DNA of 64,000 nt, taken from NCBI GenBank assembly GCA_032718475.1, contig JAUCBJ010004780.1:1-64000 (forward strand), written 5' to 3'. Origin of the DNA: Nemertoderma westbladi (Eukaryota; Animalia; Xenacoelomorpha). The first letter of the stretch is position 1. Every line of letters starts with the position of its first letter. Positions 1 through 12,670 of this stretch are shown here, piece after piece. The notes beneath the pieces were generated by a model, which worked only from the letters and a program-made list of their open reading frames with translations, was not told the origin of the DNA and made no database searches. The position numbers were made by a program, and so were the translations under genes.

Positions 1-445
1 CTGTGTCATCGCAAAAGTCGGAGGTAATTATATGGCCTAAGTACTTAAAAGATGTGACTGTTTCTAAGATTCTGGAACCAATTCGAAAAGTACTACAAAC
101 ATTACTATTATCTCTCAAACGACTATGAAATACCATACACTTACTTTTTACGAGATTAAATACGAGATTATTTTTTCCTGCAAAATCGATACAGATGTCA
201 ATAAGTTTTTGCAAACCATATGGAGAATTTGCTACTATATTAAGGTCATCAGCGTACACAAAGTGATTGGTAGGTCTACCATTTATTTGACAGCCTACGT
301 TACTGTTACCTAGCGATAAGGATAGATCGTTAAAAAAAATATTGAAGAAAACAGGAGAGGCCAAACTTCCTTGCCGAACACCGTTAGTACAGCGAAAGGG
401 CTCTGAAGTGTGCCCCCCACCCCCCCCCCCCCCCCCCCCCCCCCC

Positions 446-1170
446 ACCGCGCGTACACAAGTTGATTAATATACCAATATACTAGAACACGAATTATATG
501 TAAGGGAATTTTACGGTCGCACAGTTTACTAAATAGTGCGTCATGATCTACGTAATCAAATGCCTTAGTGGCATCTAGGTAAGCAACAAATACATTCGAT
601 CCATGTAGCAAATAGTGATTGATAGTTTCCTTCAAGGAATAAACGCACAACTCAGTACCTAGCTTTTTTTTAAAACCGAATTGGTTGTCAGTAGTGTATA
701 GGAATACTTCTATTCGCACCAAGAATACAATTTCAAATAATTTGCTAAAAATACTAGACAGAGAAATCGGGCGATAATTACCTTTGTCTGCTGTAGACGA
801 ATTTTTGTCCTTAATTATTGGTACAATAACCGATGTAATTAGGCCTTGAGGCAAAAAGCCATGCACATTACAGGAAGTAAATAGCATAGCTAGTAAAACT
901 GAAAGTTTTTCGGATGCAAATATCACATGTTCTCCAAAAACGTTATCTATTCCGGGTGCTTTATGAGTGGAAAGTAATTTAATTGCCGAAATAATATCGT
1001 CAGTATGCACAACCATGTCCTTGGAGTACACGATTGTACTAAATTCATTAGACAGACTGTCCGGTATGGGAGCACCCTTACCGTTGTTAAAAATAGATTT
1101 ATAATGACTACCCCAAAAATCGGCTATATTTTTTGTTCCACAATTGCCATCAATATTAGTACTGTATGTT
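446..1170 (-). mobile_element. Non-LTR retrotransposon RT fragment (RTEX-like)
   Basis: KAPGID..NYRPISL..NQFGFK..YLDATKAFDYVDH RT motifs. The frame extends upstream of the ORF-track start (IADFWGSHYKSIFN) and is truncated at the poly-G run after the VYARWG codons. Confidence 0.85.
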
Positions 1171-1429
1171 AGGCGCTAAAGTTACTATTTCTCCCAGCAC
1201 TAGTACAATTATCAGTATAGCGAAATGACTCCATAGGAATCTTTTCTGTTTTAAAAAAAATAATATTTTTGGACCTCATGAGTATGCAAAAGGTCAAAAA
1301 AATATATATTATCGGTAAAACTACTACGTTGGTAATGCAACCATCTGTATACTGGTAAGCTCTCAAGTAATTATCCAGTAATCGAAGCCATTTGTATACC
1401 GCACCTACAAAGATGATATAGATAAAAAT

Positions 1430-3070
1430 GCAGCCCCATTAATATTCAATAAATGATTAATTTATGAACGGTGCAGCCATTTTACTTCTTTTACACTGCA
1501 TTGTAGAGGCCAAGTGATTTATTTAAGATTGCAGCAATTTGTAAGTTAAATTGTATAGAATTGCCTAGGAATTTGCAGCCAAAAGACAACTTCATCATAA
1601 ACGCTAGGTACAGGAAATATAACTTAGATATTGTAGCGTAGTTCTTTGAAACAGTGAAATCTATAAAGTTTTTTTACATGTAAATTAATAGGAGGGAAAT
1701 TGTTTCTGAAGTGAAATACAGTAGAAAGCTGAGTTCAAATATGTCTTCCCAATTTTTCTGAAGTTTCCCCGCTCTCAAGAATCAGTACATTAATGACAAA
1801 ATCACCATGAACATTGGCTAATCAATCACTGATGCTCCTTATACACTAACACCACAGTATGTTGGGAGCTACAGTTACTCTGAACAATGAAGATATTGAA
1901 AATGTGCAGCCAATTTACTTTTCACTAAATTATTAATTTAATGAACGTTGCAGCCATTTTACTTCTTATACATGGCATTGTATGGTCAGTAATAGGCCAA
2001 CTCGAATATTCAAAATTGCAGCTATTTGTATGTTAATAGTATAAAGCATGGCTAATAAATTTGCAGCAAAATGACACTTCGTTAAAAATCTAGGTACAGC
2101 AAGATACAGTAGTATTGTAGATACATACTATTCATAGGCTACAATAAAGTTAAAGTTTATCTTCAATATTGTCAAAATATACTGTAGGAGGTAATAAAGT
2201 ATAAGTATGGATATTATGATGTGAAATACTAAGCTGAGTCTAAATGTTGTCAGCATTCTTATAAGGTTCCCGTACTAACACTGATTAAAAATAAAAATCG
2301 AAATTAAATCACCATTACAAGAAAAACCCCATAATAAAATCTTACATTGGGCGAAGGTGTGCCTCTATATAGATTATTGATTGTTAGGCAGAGCGATCAA
2401 CATTGGCAAACAATCAATATTCTTTAAAACGTTAAAAAGGACATCGGAAAATAGATGAGGAAATTCCCAAGAAGCAAAAATTTCAGGTCGCTGGTGTACT
2501 ACTGTATGTTATCATTATCGTTTTTGACTGACAGAAATAATGACAGTCCCTCAATCATTATTATAATTAACATCGGAAATGATAACCCGACCAGGAATAC
2601 CCAGATATAAATAATCTTAAGTTAGGACTTACAATAAGGACTTACTAATACACAACACATCTACTATAGGCCCCTCCTCCAGTATTCTCCCTTCCAGTTC
2701 TCTCATAACAGTAATACCTAATGCAGCACATACATTAGTTCAAGATTTTATGCAGCCATTGTTGTGAAAATAAGCGGCAGCCAATAAGCCATTATTTATA
2801 CAAGAATATCTATATAATTCAGCAAAATATCTATATAATTCACCAAAATGTATATATCGAGATAATAATTGACCCAAAAATTTAAATTGCAGCCACTGTA
2901 GTAACCAGGCTTTTTGCAGCCAAAAGAATGCGGATATTTTAGAAAGACCATATGGCTACATTGCAGCCAAAATACAACCTGCCGCAGCCACGGTGTCACT
3001 ATGTATATATCATGATGCAACCAATAAGCCATTATTCATATAATCCATTGACACCACATGCTGCATTGTA
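1430..3070. repeat. Diverged ~480-bp tandem duplication plus TGCAGC(C)-rich tract, probably a decayed DNA-transposon subterminal region
   Basis: 1457-1740 aligns by eye with 1934-2245; TGCAGCC recurs many times up to ~3000. Confidence 0.45.
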
Positions 3071-3149
3071 CATCTATATATATACAGTATATAGTATATA
3101 TATAGTTATTTTGTTTACATGTCCTGACATTGTTTTGCGAAAGCGGGTT

Positions 3150-3827
3150 TTAAGCGATGTGCCCAGGGGGATATTGACTGTGTTGACTATAGTCTGGTGG
3201 CTGAATCTGGGGGGTGTTCTTTGCGACACCGTAACTGGGTTGTGGGGCGGCGGGTGGGTTGGTATTCGGCCAGGGATGCTGTTCTGGGTCCCTCCTACCG
3301 CCACGGTTGGCCGCCCCACTACGCGACCTAACAACGCCCAGCCTCCTGGCCTCTCTGTCAGTGCCATCCCGCCCTGCAGACAGCTCCTGGCGGTAACTGA
3401 CAACCACCAGAACGCAGTACAGATCGAGCAACCATAACAACCCGTCGACAACATTATTTGCTATGGCGGATATACCGAGACCGTGTACCCCGTAAATATC
3501 CCAAAAGTTGTAGGCTCTATAACCAACACCGTAGACGACGCTGACTAAGACGACGAATACCCAGGGGAGACACAAATGCTTCTTTTGTTTGCTGACGGCA
3601 TAGAGAAGTAACCCGGATGCGACCAGAAGTAAAACAAAATTTAACAGTTGACCAATAAGCGATCCTACTGATCCTAGTGTAGGTGGAGTTGTCGCTATTC
3701 CGTAACGCGCCAAAGTCGCCTAGGTGAACATTATGAGACCAATTGCTGTCGATATAAGCGTGTAGAAAGCGCAGTTACTGGCACCATTTTGTAAATTAGC
3801 GCAGCAGCAACTCTTTAATATTGGCAT
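3150..3827 (-). pseudogene. LAPTM/DUF4728-like four-TM protein, copy 1, with an in-frame stop at codon 36
   Basis: The true ATG is at 3827 (MPILKSCCCANLQNGASNCAFYTLISTAIGLIMFT*), with TAG at 3722-3720. The rest is in frame and closely similar to 5358-6089. Confidence 0.8.
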
Positions 3828-4037
3828 GTTGTATTGATTCTTCGATAAATGTAGTATTTATTGATGTTATTCATTATTGGCAAAAATTAATTTCATTTTA
3901 TCCCCGAATTTAATAATTAATTATGTATATTATGAAAAATAATAATTTGTATTTAATTGGCAGTAAGATGCTTATTAACATAACAATATAATAATATTAT
4001 GTTAATATAAATTATAACTGCGACCCATTGGTAGGTC

Positions 4038-4066
4038 CGTGACCTACTATATAGTAGTAGGTCATG
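4038..4066. mobile_element. 29-bp P-element-type excision footprint
   Basis: Palindrome CGTGACCTACTA-TATAG-TAGTAGGTCATG flanked by the 7-bp direct repeat GTAGGTC/GTAGGTT; absent from the paralogous site near 6320-6338. Confidence 0.7.
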
Positions 4067-4269
4067 GTAGGTTGCATTTTTTATTAAAAATGATATGTGA
4101 TAACTTCATGTCATACATAACCTTACTAAATGTCAAAGATATTCACAAAGAACCCCAAACCATAACGTTAAAACCATTTGAAATGAGTGAGGATGACTAA
4201 TAATATTATTTATATTATTACCCCGTGGTTGATAAGTAGTATGTTTCATTGTGAGAAGGATTATTAATA

Positions 4270-4660
4270 TTGTAGGGCGAGCCACGCAATAAGGTGAGCC
4301 TTAGCGTAGGGGTACCATTAATGATCCTGTAGTTCTGTTGATCTATCGTTCTGTCATGTCCAGTATTTGAACGTTAATAACTCAATCAATTGTTGATGAA
4401 ATCTAACCAAATTTGGTACACATGTAGTCTGGCAAAAGTTTAGAAATTTCCCAAGCTCAGTTTACGTGTGGCTAAGATAGAAGATAAAAGAAGCTAATAA
4501 AAAGCAGTTACTTTATTAGTTAAAGTTAATTATGTTCATCGCGGTTAAAAGGGGCATTTTCGGCGAGTCCTTTTTTATGGAAATTAATTATTTTCTACTA
4601 TAAGAGTAAATTAATTTAATTATACTTAAAATATATATCTACCCTATACCCTTTTCCGTT
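4270..4660 (-). mobile_element. Non-autonomous Helentron/DINE-like interspersed repeat
   Basis: Inverted homologue of 13300-13680; the terminal hairpin GGCTCGCCC(C/T)ACAA is shared with 49128 and 53165. Confidence 0.55.
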
Positions 4661-4699
4661 ACATTTTTGGCTTTAAGAGATGTGTTTTTATTTTAATTG

Positions 4700-5110
4700 A
4701 ACTAAACACAAATAACTTTTTTAAATGCCCCTTCTATCCAAGCTATTGTATATCCCCATAGGTTGTTCCGTTGACCGGCCCGCTTCCACACAGAACTGGT
4801 AAACTCTGGACCATCGATATAATGCTCCAAAGTGAAATGGGCCTCGTGCTCAGAGCGAATATGCGGTAGTGACATTCTCATCAAAGCTGTCTGGGTATTT
4901 TGATATTACAGTTTCCATGACAGATTTTTCGTTTGTTAATTTCAGAGCTAAGGTTGAGGAGGCAGAGCATACTTTTGAGGTGTTGAGTTTTAAGTTTATC
5001 GAGTTCTTTGAGGTTGTTTAATGTAAAGTGTTTGCCGATGCTACAGTAGTGATGAGGTAGAGGGCTGCTGGTGCTACTTTCATGTTGAGAATTTTGAGGC
5101 CGGTTTCTAT
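4700..5110 (-). mobile_element. Highly degenerate LINE C-terminal remnant
   Basis: Broken minus-strand frames read ..NMKVAPAALY..KELDKLKTQHLKSMLCL.., resembling the post-RT region of a LINE. Confidence 0.3.
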
Positions 5111-5357
5111 TGAGAGAAGAGGTACAGTACAGTAAGTGTTTTGAGGATCCAATTATTGAGTAGGCGGTGGATTTCTTAGTTGTGTGTGTTCAGTAAAACA
5201 GAGGGAAAACTGTAGAGAAAATGTTTTCAGTTTCAATTAATTTCAAAATATATTATTTTCGTAAATAAACAAAGATATATGCAGAACAGTATATAGGTTG
5301 TGATTTTTTGTTTAAATATCCTCCTGCCTTGCTGCCTTTCTTTTAGTAAAGCGGGTT

Positions 5358-6089
5358 TTAAGCGATGTACCCTGGGGGATATTGACTGTGTTGACTATAG
5401 TCTGGTGGCTGAATCTGGGTGTTCTGTGCGACACCGTAACTGGGTGGAGGAGGGGCGCCACCGCTGTACGGTGCCCCAACGCCCTTGGGCGCGTACCTCG
5501 GATCGGCGGAGTATGGGTCGTACGGCGGTGGGTTGGTATTCGGCCAGGGATGCTGTTCTGGGTCCCTCCTACCGCCACTGTTGGCCGCCCCACCACGCGA
5601 CCCAACAACGCCCACCCTGGCCTCTCTGTCAGTGCCATCCCTCCCGGCAGACAGCTCCTGGCAGTAACTAACAACCACCAGAACGCAGTACAGATCGAGC
5701 AACCAAAACAACCCGTCGATAATTGTAGTTGCGATGGGGGTTATACCGAGACCGTATACCCCGTAAAAATCCCAACCATAGATTTTATAACCAATACCGT
5801 AGACTACGCTGGCTAAGACGACGAATATCCAGGGGAGACACAAATGCATGTTTTGTTTGCTGACGGCATAGAGAAGTAACCCGGATGCGACCAGAAGTAA
5901 AACTGAAATGAAGAGTTCTCCGATCTCCAATCCTCGCGCGGGTTGAATTGTGGCTATTCCGTCACCAACAGTCGTGATCGCAAACATTATGAGACCGATT
6001 GCTGTCGATATAAGTGTGTAGAAAGCGCAGTTACTGGCGCCATTCTGTAAATTAGCGCATCCGAAGCAACAATTCTTTAATATTGGCAT
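5358..6089 (-). CDS. LAPTM/DUF4728-like four-TM protein with Pro/Tyr-rich tail, copy 2 (intact, 243 aa, intronless)
   Basis: N-terminal CCxxCxNL, four hydrophobic segments, CLPW and YCVLVVVSY motifs, and PPPY, PPSY, PPDY, PPGY in the tail. Confidence 0.85.
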   Translation of the reverse strand: MPILKNCCFGCANLQNGASNCAFYTLISTAIGLIMFAITTVGDGIATIQPARGLEIGELFISVLLLVASGLLLYAVSKQNMHLCLPWIFVVLASVVYGIGYKIYGWDFYGVYGLGITPIATTIIDGLFWLLDLYCVLVVVSYCQELSAGRDGTDREARVGVVGSRGGAANSGGRRDPEQHPWPNTNPPPYDPYSADPRYAPKGVGAPYSGGAPPPPSYGVAQNTQIQPPDYSQHSQYPPGYIA

Positions 6090-6490
6090 GTTGACTTACT
6101 GTATTGATTTTTCGTTAATATGTATGTTAATATCTATCGATATTGTTCGTTAATTGACGAAAATTAATTTCATTATGTGATACAATTTAATAATTATAAT
6201 GTATGTAATTATGCAAAATAACACTTCGTATTTACTTGGCAGTAAGCTGTATTATATTATATTATATTGGTGCTAACAATTTGGCAACTACAGTAAATCT
6301 CAATTTATTTTAACTGCGTCCCATCGGTTGGTTACATTACTAGAAATTATATGCGATAACGTCATAACCCGAACGTCATAAACTGAAACGGCAAAGAACC
6401 ACAAACAATAAAATGTTAATTACTTGTAAACTATTGGAATGAATACAGTAGTTGCAGGTGAGGGTGACTAAGAATTGCCGACTAACTAAA

Positions 6491-7675
6491 CCTTGGTGCA
6501 TGGCTCGATCCTGGTTTAACCATGACCAAGTTCATAACAAAAACTTGTAGCGCAGCCTTCTTCCACCTCCACAATATTCGACGCATCGCCAACTTTCTCG
6601 ACCAGAAGTCTGCAGGAACCATCATACACTCGCTCATATCAAGCCGTATCGATTACTGTAACGGTCTTCTCTACGGTGTACCTGGCTACCAACTTGCAAA
6701 GTTGCAACGCGTACAAAACTCGGCTGCACGTCTACTAACCAAGGTTCACAAATACGATCACATCACTCCGAGTCTCAAGCAATTACATTGGCTACCAGTT
6801 CGGAAACGCATCGAATTCAAATTACTTCTCCTCGTTCACAAGTCCCGATTGCAACGAGCACCACAGTACATCCGCGAAATGCTAACCCCGGTGACCTACG
6901 CAAACCACACAACCCGAAGGTGCACTTCACTCTCGCTCGTCGAACCGCGTTTTAACTGCCAAACTTTGGGCCGCCGGGCCTTCCCCATAGCCGCCCCCAG
7001 ACTCTGGAATAAACTCCCCACAGATATCCGTTCGATGTCCGATACACCGACCTCCAAGCGACGACTCAAAACATACCTTTTCTCCATGGCATACGCATAA
7101 TTAGTTTCGAATACCTCTAGTATTTAATTTAATTATATTATCTAATTTGCTTCATTAAACTGTCTTTTAATGCTCTAATAATGATGGTATGTATACTGCA
7201 TTGTATATCGTACAAACTTTTTTCTTTTAACCATGTATTTTAACAAGCTCTAATTAATTTTACTTATATTGAAAAAAAATTTGAACTGAACTGTTGATTG
7301 AACCGTTTTATTTATTAAAGTATTCGTAATTGTATTACTGAACTTTATGCTGATCGTTGTCATGTCACATATCTGCCTGTTTTTAATGCCCCAATTGTGT
7401 AACGATATCAAAATTTGCCGGATTTATTTTAATGCTCTAAATATTTTACATATTAGTTTATCGCTTACTTGTCTGTCTTAATATCCTAAATATTTTACTT
7501 TATCACTAATTTGTCTGTATTTGGTGCATTAATTGAGTTTCTTATTATATTCGTTTATCGTACTTTATCGCTATGTACCAATATCTCTAGATAGTGATTT
7601 AAGCGCCTTAGCGTACTGTTTAATTATTGTAAATTTGGCGCTAAACAAATTTATTTTATTATTATTATTATTATT
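6491..7675 (+). mobile_element. 5'-truncated L2-clade LINE with intact 3' UTR and (TTA)n tail
   Basis: SRIDYCNGLL..LQRVQNSAARL..HITPSLKQLHWLP motifs; (TTA)n tail ~7651-7675; 10-bp TSD ACTAACTAAA at 6481-6490 and 7676-7685. Confidence 0.92.
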
Positions 7676-8394
7676 ACTAACTAAAGATAATGAAATTTTC
7701 ACTAAATATAATTCCCACTTCACTAAAAAAATTAATTTATGAGTAAAAAAGCATTGCAAATTTTACAATCATTAAATATCATCAAAAAATATCATCACTC
7801 CAAATATCATCACTAAATGATTAGGCTCTGTACTACGTTGCATTCATTGCCTTGGCTGTCGCTTTGTCGGTCTGGGTGGTAAAACCTTCCGCTCAGGTTC
7901 CACCGTGATATGTCACCAGGAGCAATAGGTTCCAGGAGCATTCTAGGTTCCGTAGCAGAAAGGATCAGGTTTGTAAAGGAGCATAATATAATACGATCTG
8001 GAAACTACAGCGAAACGAAAGGAAAGTTAAAAAGTGCAGGTTTGTAAAGAGTTACAATCGGAAAAGAGTTACTTTCAGGCTGTAAGTTTAAAGGACAGGC
8101 TACTACGTCGTTATGTCCTGCAGCGTTAGGCCCTGGGATTTTCAAGGAAAGGAACAGGTTACTGTGACATGTTTTCTAACCCAAACGCAATAAACTAATG
8201 AATAGCACATTTCAATAGCACAGTTTATTTTGCTACAAATCAATTATAAATAAAAGTACAATTCTTACAAAAAATAATACAAATATAATTATGTAACAAC
8301 GCAGGACCTAATAACAAAAAGATATAATGACGCGTTTAAAGATGAAGTGGACCCTAATATTAAAATTAGTGGAAAATAAATAAATTTAGTTTTT

Positions 8395-8845
8395 TTAAGT
8401 TAGTTTAGTTAGTTAAGTTAGTTTAGTTAGTTAAGTTAGTTAAGTTAGTTTAGTTAGTTAAGTTAGTTAAGTTAGTTAAGTTAGTTTAGTTAGTTAAGTT
8501 AGTTAAGTTAGTTAAGTAGTTAAGTTAGTTAAGTTAGTTAAGTTAGTTTAGTTTAGTTAGTTAAGTTAGTTAAGTTAGTTTAGTTAGTTAAGTTAGTTAA
8601 GTTAGTTAAGTTAGTTAAGTAGTTAAGTTAGTTAAGTTAGTTAAGTTAGTTTAGTTTAGTTAGTTTAGTTAGTTAAGTTAGTTTAGTTAGTTAAGTTAGT
8701 TAAGTAGTTAAGTTAGTTAAGTTAGTTTAGTTTAGTTAGTTAAGTTAGTTAAGTTAGTTAAGTAGTTAAGTTAGTTAAGTTAGTTTAGTTTAGTTAGTTA
8801 AGTTAGTTAAGTTAGTTTAGTTAAGTTAGTTAAGTTAGTTTGTTT
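8395..8845. repeat. Compound microsatellite of TTAG/TTAAG/TTTAG units
   Basis: Directly visible, about 450 bp. Confidence 0.95.
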
Positions 8846-8920
8846 TAGTTATTTTAAATGATTTCAGTGAAATATGATTATACAGTATTTGGTGGATACA
8901 AAATTAAAAATAGTTGAAAC

Positions 8921-9468
8921 ATAATTAGTTTTAGTGGAAGTCCAATTATAAATAGCGGGGAATAATTAGTTTTAGTGGAAGTCCAATTATAAATAGCGGG
9001 GAATAATTAGTTTTAGTGGAAGTCCAATTATAAATAGCGGGGAATAATTAGTTTTAGTGGAAGTCCAATTATAAATAGCTGGGAATAATTAGTTTTAGTG
9101 GAAGTCCAATTATAAATAGCGGGGAATAATTAGTTTTAGTGGAAGTCCAATTATAAATAGCTGGGAATAATTAGTTTTAGTGGAAGTCCAATTATAAATA
9201 GCGGGGAATAATTAGTTTTAGTGGAAGTCCAATTATAAATAGCGGGGAATAATTAGTTTTAGTGGAAGTCCAATTATAAATAGCTGGGAATAATTAGTTT
9301 TAGTGGAAGTCCAATTATAAATAGCGGGGAATAATTAGTTTTAGTGGAAGTCCAATTATAAATAGCTGGGAATAATTAGTTTTAGTGGAAGTCCAATTAT
9401 AAATAGCGGGGAATAATTAGTTTTAGTGGAAGTCCAATTATAAATAGCGGGGAATAATTAGTTTTAGT
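8921..9468. repeat. 41-bp minisatellite, ~13 copies
   Basis: Unit ATAATTAGTTTTAGTGGAAGTCCAATTATAAATAGC(G/T)GGGA. Confidence 0.95.
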
Positions 9469-9649
9469 GAGAAGCATTACATGCTTTTTTATTTTTATTA
9501 TCGATCTCGCCAGAAATAAATTTTCAACATTTTCAATATCCATTAAAACTAGTAGAGTGAAGTAATGATTCAGGTGTTGCCCCAAACCGATCGCATTATT
9601 TACAGTTTTATTTATACCAGTTTCATACAATTAATTTGAATTTATATTT

Positions 9650-10204
9650 TCAATATTTTCCTTTTTGACAAAGTTTTTTAATTGCATTCCCTCTACCGTC
9701 ACGTCCAGATGCTAATTCATTGCTGTAACTGGTTACCACGACAACTAAGTAAATATGCAACAGACTGCTAACTCCATATCCAATTGATTCCAAAATCCTT
9801 GAAATATTATCTCTGCTGTAGAATTTTCTATCATTTACATCCAACATTTGATCTCTGTTGTATGGTTGTCGGTAATTTCCGTATAACCAGAGAGTTACGA
9901 CGCTGACCATTGAATAAAAAATCCACACCATTGACATCACAACCCACGGATAAGTTAGATATCGCTCACCGCTATTAGTTGACAATATCAGACCAATTGA
10001 AGCGACAACCAGTAGTAACTGTATCCATATCGACACATCGCCTACCACACCTAGTAACACAGTACCCGGTCCGTATGATGACGTCACATTAATGTCGGAA
10101 AGCAATCTCACTATAACTCCGAGTACGCAGGTAGTTATAGTGTATAAACCACTGTATATAACAGCGTCACGCAGATTAGCGCACCAACAACATTTATTCA
10201 ACAT
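9650..10204 (-). CDS. LAPTM/DUF4728-like four-TM protein, divergent copy 3 (184 aa, intronless, tail-less)
   Basis: MLNKCCWCANL, LLLVVASIGL, YPWV and YLVVVVTSYSNELASGRDG align with copies 1 and 2. Confidence 0.8.
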   Translation of the reverse strand: MLNKCCWCANLRDAVIYSGLYTITTCVLGVIVRLLSDINVTSSYGPGTVLLGVVGDVSIWIQLLLVVASIGLILSTNSGERYLTYPWVVMSMVWIFYSMVSVVTLWLYGNYRQPYNRDQMLDVNDRKFYSRDNISRILESIGYGVSSLLHIYLVVVVTSYSNELASGRDGRGNAIKKLCQKGKY

Positions 10205-11198
10205 TGCTATTGAGCTTAGAATAATCCATATTAAATCGCTAGGAATAATTGTATTCTATTTAATATTACAGTGGGAGGTAGGCCTAGTCGGGTACTACTA
10301 TTATTCTAGTTTCTTCAATTTCTTCAAATAGAATCAGTAAACAAATTTTTCCTTGCAGCTGCTACATTTCCTTTTTCTTTCTGACGTCAGCAATGATTTC
10401 TGAGTTGCGTAGGTTAATAAGTGGAAAATATTGATGGAACCTTTCCGCCAATGCATTGGGCTCCGGTTAATAGCGTGCGTTGCCAATGTTACAAGGCTGT
10501 CTGTCTCTCTGTCTTACTGTCCGTTAAAACATTTGAATGCGCACATCTCCCTAAAACATCACCTGCGGTGTTTTTTTTGGTCAGTGACTTAATTTCCGAT
10601 GTCAGTATTACTGTTTGATGGCGTCGTAAATAACGTAAATAAATAAAACTGAAAAATCCCGTGGTTGTAAAGTTGGCGTCCTAAAAGCAGGCGCCAATTA
10701 ATTCGGGAATTCGAAGTTGGCATAAGAAAATGATGAAAAAGTTAAAATTCCGCTGAATTAAATCAACTGCATGTAATTCAGTACCAAATTAAATAATAAT
10801 ATTATTTTTATTATTTTAAATTATTATTAATTATATTTATATGTAATATAATATATGACCTAATCTTATCAAAAGACACATGTCAGCATGTGGTATGATT
10901 GGGAAGCTTGTATAAGTTGCGTTTCTAATGTATATTAACGGTTAATGTATTGTCTGACTTCATAGTCATAATCCTATTATTAATTATTATATTATATTCT
11001 AATGATTATACACAATACAATATAACACTGTAATATTTTTATATTTGTATTTTATTAGTAACGTCACTTATTTTATTTAAATAACTTATTTATCTTATTC
11101 TTTGCCCACACACACACAGAATTCCACCACCCCCCCCCCCCCCCCCCACTCCCGCGCAGGGTGCACGAAGTTGCCTATAAGTACTCATAAGTAATGAG

Positions 11199-11330
11199 GT
11201 GTTATACAACTATGGTAACATCTTAATGCCTAGACCCAGCATCACCCTGCAGAATCGCCAACTGAAGCTTACTGGTAATTCTGGACATTGTTTCTGCAAA
11301 CAACCTTGTGGCAGCCTGCTGGTGAGAATA
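11199..11330 (+). mobile_element. Degenerate RTE LINE C-terminal fragment
   Basis: LYN..PSITLQNRQLK..GHCF resembles LYN..PSLTLEQSPLCFAGHCYR at 61089-61304. Confidence 0.45.
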
Positions 11331-11520
11331 GGAGTGGTTCACAGCTATAATGACTTCCGTCAGATGGCTCAAAGCCAACACTGCATCTTAGTGAGGTCAA
11401 TATCAATACTCATCTTCCAACTCACCAACTATCCCAACAAACCAGCCGCAAATACCCTTCACCCACCCTAAAACAGTAAAACCCACACACATACATTCAA
11501 CTTTCCACCCGCCCAAAAAA

Positions 11521-11813
11521 CCATCCACCGACCCACATTGCCACCCACCCTTCCAACCTAACCAACAAACTTCCAACCCACACAAAAACTTACCATCCAC
11601 CGACCCACATTGCCACCCACCCTTCCAACCTAACCAACAAACTTCCAACCCACATAAAAACTTACCATCCACCGACCCACATTGCCACCCACCCTTCCAA
11701 CCTAACCAACAAACTTCCAACCCACACAAAAACTTACCATCCACCGACCCACATTGCCACCCACCCTTCCAACCTAACCAACAAACTTCCAACCCACACA
11801 AAAACTTACCATC
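11521..11813. repeat. 72-bp C-rich tandem repeat, 4 copies
   Basis: Units start at 11521, 11593, 11665 and 11737. Confidence 0.95.
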
Positions 11814-12120
11814 CCCCTCATAACTCAAACCCTCGCTACCCGTTTTTTGGTAAAAACTAACCAGCATTTTAATATCCTTGATACGTGATATTAATCCTCC
11901 AATAAATACCGCGCCCCATTTCAATCTACATAGACAAACCCAAAACAAAACCCGATTGCAAATGTTTGATTGTACACTCGGTAAATTCTTTGTGGTTTGG
12001 TAACTGAAACCGTAAAATAGTAAACAAAATAGCAAATACCTCTAACTAAAATGAATTTATAACGATAGACGATACATTATCGTCTATCGTATTTTTTTAA
12101 TTGCTTCATGCATATCATAC

Positions 12121-12155
12121 ACGTTCGTGGGGACTTCGCGCAGCACGAGGCCTAG
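12121..12155 (+). mobile_element. Helitron-like 3' terminus
   Basis: GC-rich hairpin followed by CTAG|T; related motifs at ~31455, 45150-45177 and ~51800. Confidence 0.45.
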
Positions 12156-12376
12156 TTATTATATACAAATTAAAATGCAGCGACTGTATCACAAAATCAG
12201 GTTTTGAGAAATTTACCCACACCACCAATCAATCAAAGAAAGGTGGACAGTACGTGTTCACCCCTTTTAATCTCCCCCCCCCCCCCCCCCCCCCACCCTT
12301 CCCAACCACCAATACATAACCGCGACATCTACCACCCACGGAAGGGTAGCACGAACTTATTTCCAATCGCACGTTA

Positions 12377-12670
12377 AATATGCAAAGCCAGGTGGTTTAT
12401 AGGAATATAATAAACGCAGTACTCGTTTTCATTATAAGCCTCTTTGCGTTCGTCCTGTTTTGTATTTAAATATATTTCTTAAACGCAAGCTAGGACGATC
12501 TTTATAATAATAATAACTAGGGATGCGATCAATATGTGAAGCCAGGTGGTTTATATAATAATTTAGTCAACGCAGTACTCGTCTTCATTATATGCCTCGT
12601 TGCGCTCGTCGCTTGTCCTGTTTTGTCATAAAATATTTTTCCTAAACGCAGACTGACGATCTTTATACAG
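12377..12670. repeat. Diverged ~150-bp direct duplication
   Basis: AAGCCAGGTGGTTTATA...ACGATCTTTATA occurs twice. Confidence 0.8.

Noticed and set aside
3720-3722. TAG reassignment (alternative genetic code)
   Set aside because: No other gene here has an internal TAG, and the OATP ORF terminates at TAG.
8395-8845. Interstitial telomeric repeat
   Set aside because: The units are TTAG/TTAAG/TTTAG and lack the G-runs of TTAGG or TTAGGG.
8921-9468. CRISPR-like regular repeats (also the 22-, 42-, 63- and 72-bp arrays)
   Set aside because: Head-to-tail units with no unique spacers, no cas genes, and a eukaryotic context.
11403-12035. 210-aa Trp/Gly/Cys repeat protein (also ORFs at 43058-43996)
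   Set aside because: Translations of tandem repeats, with non-ATG starts and no coding context.
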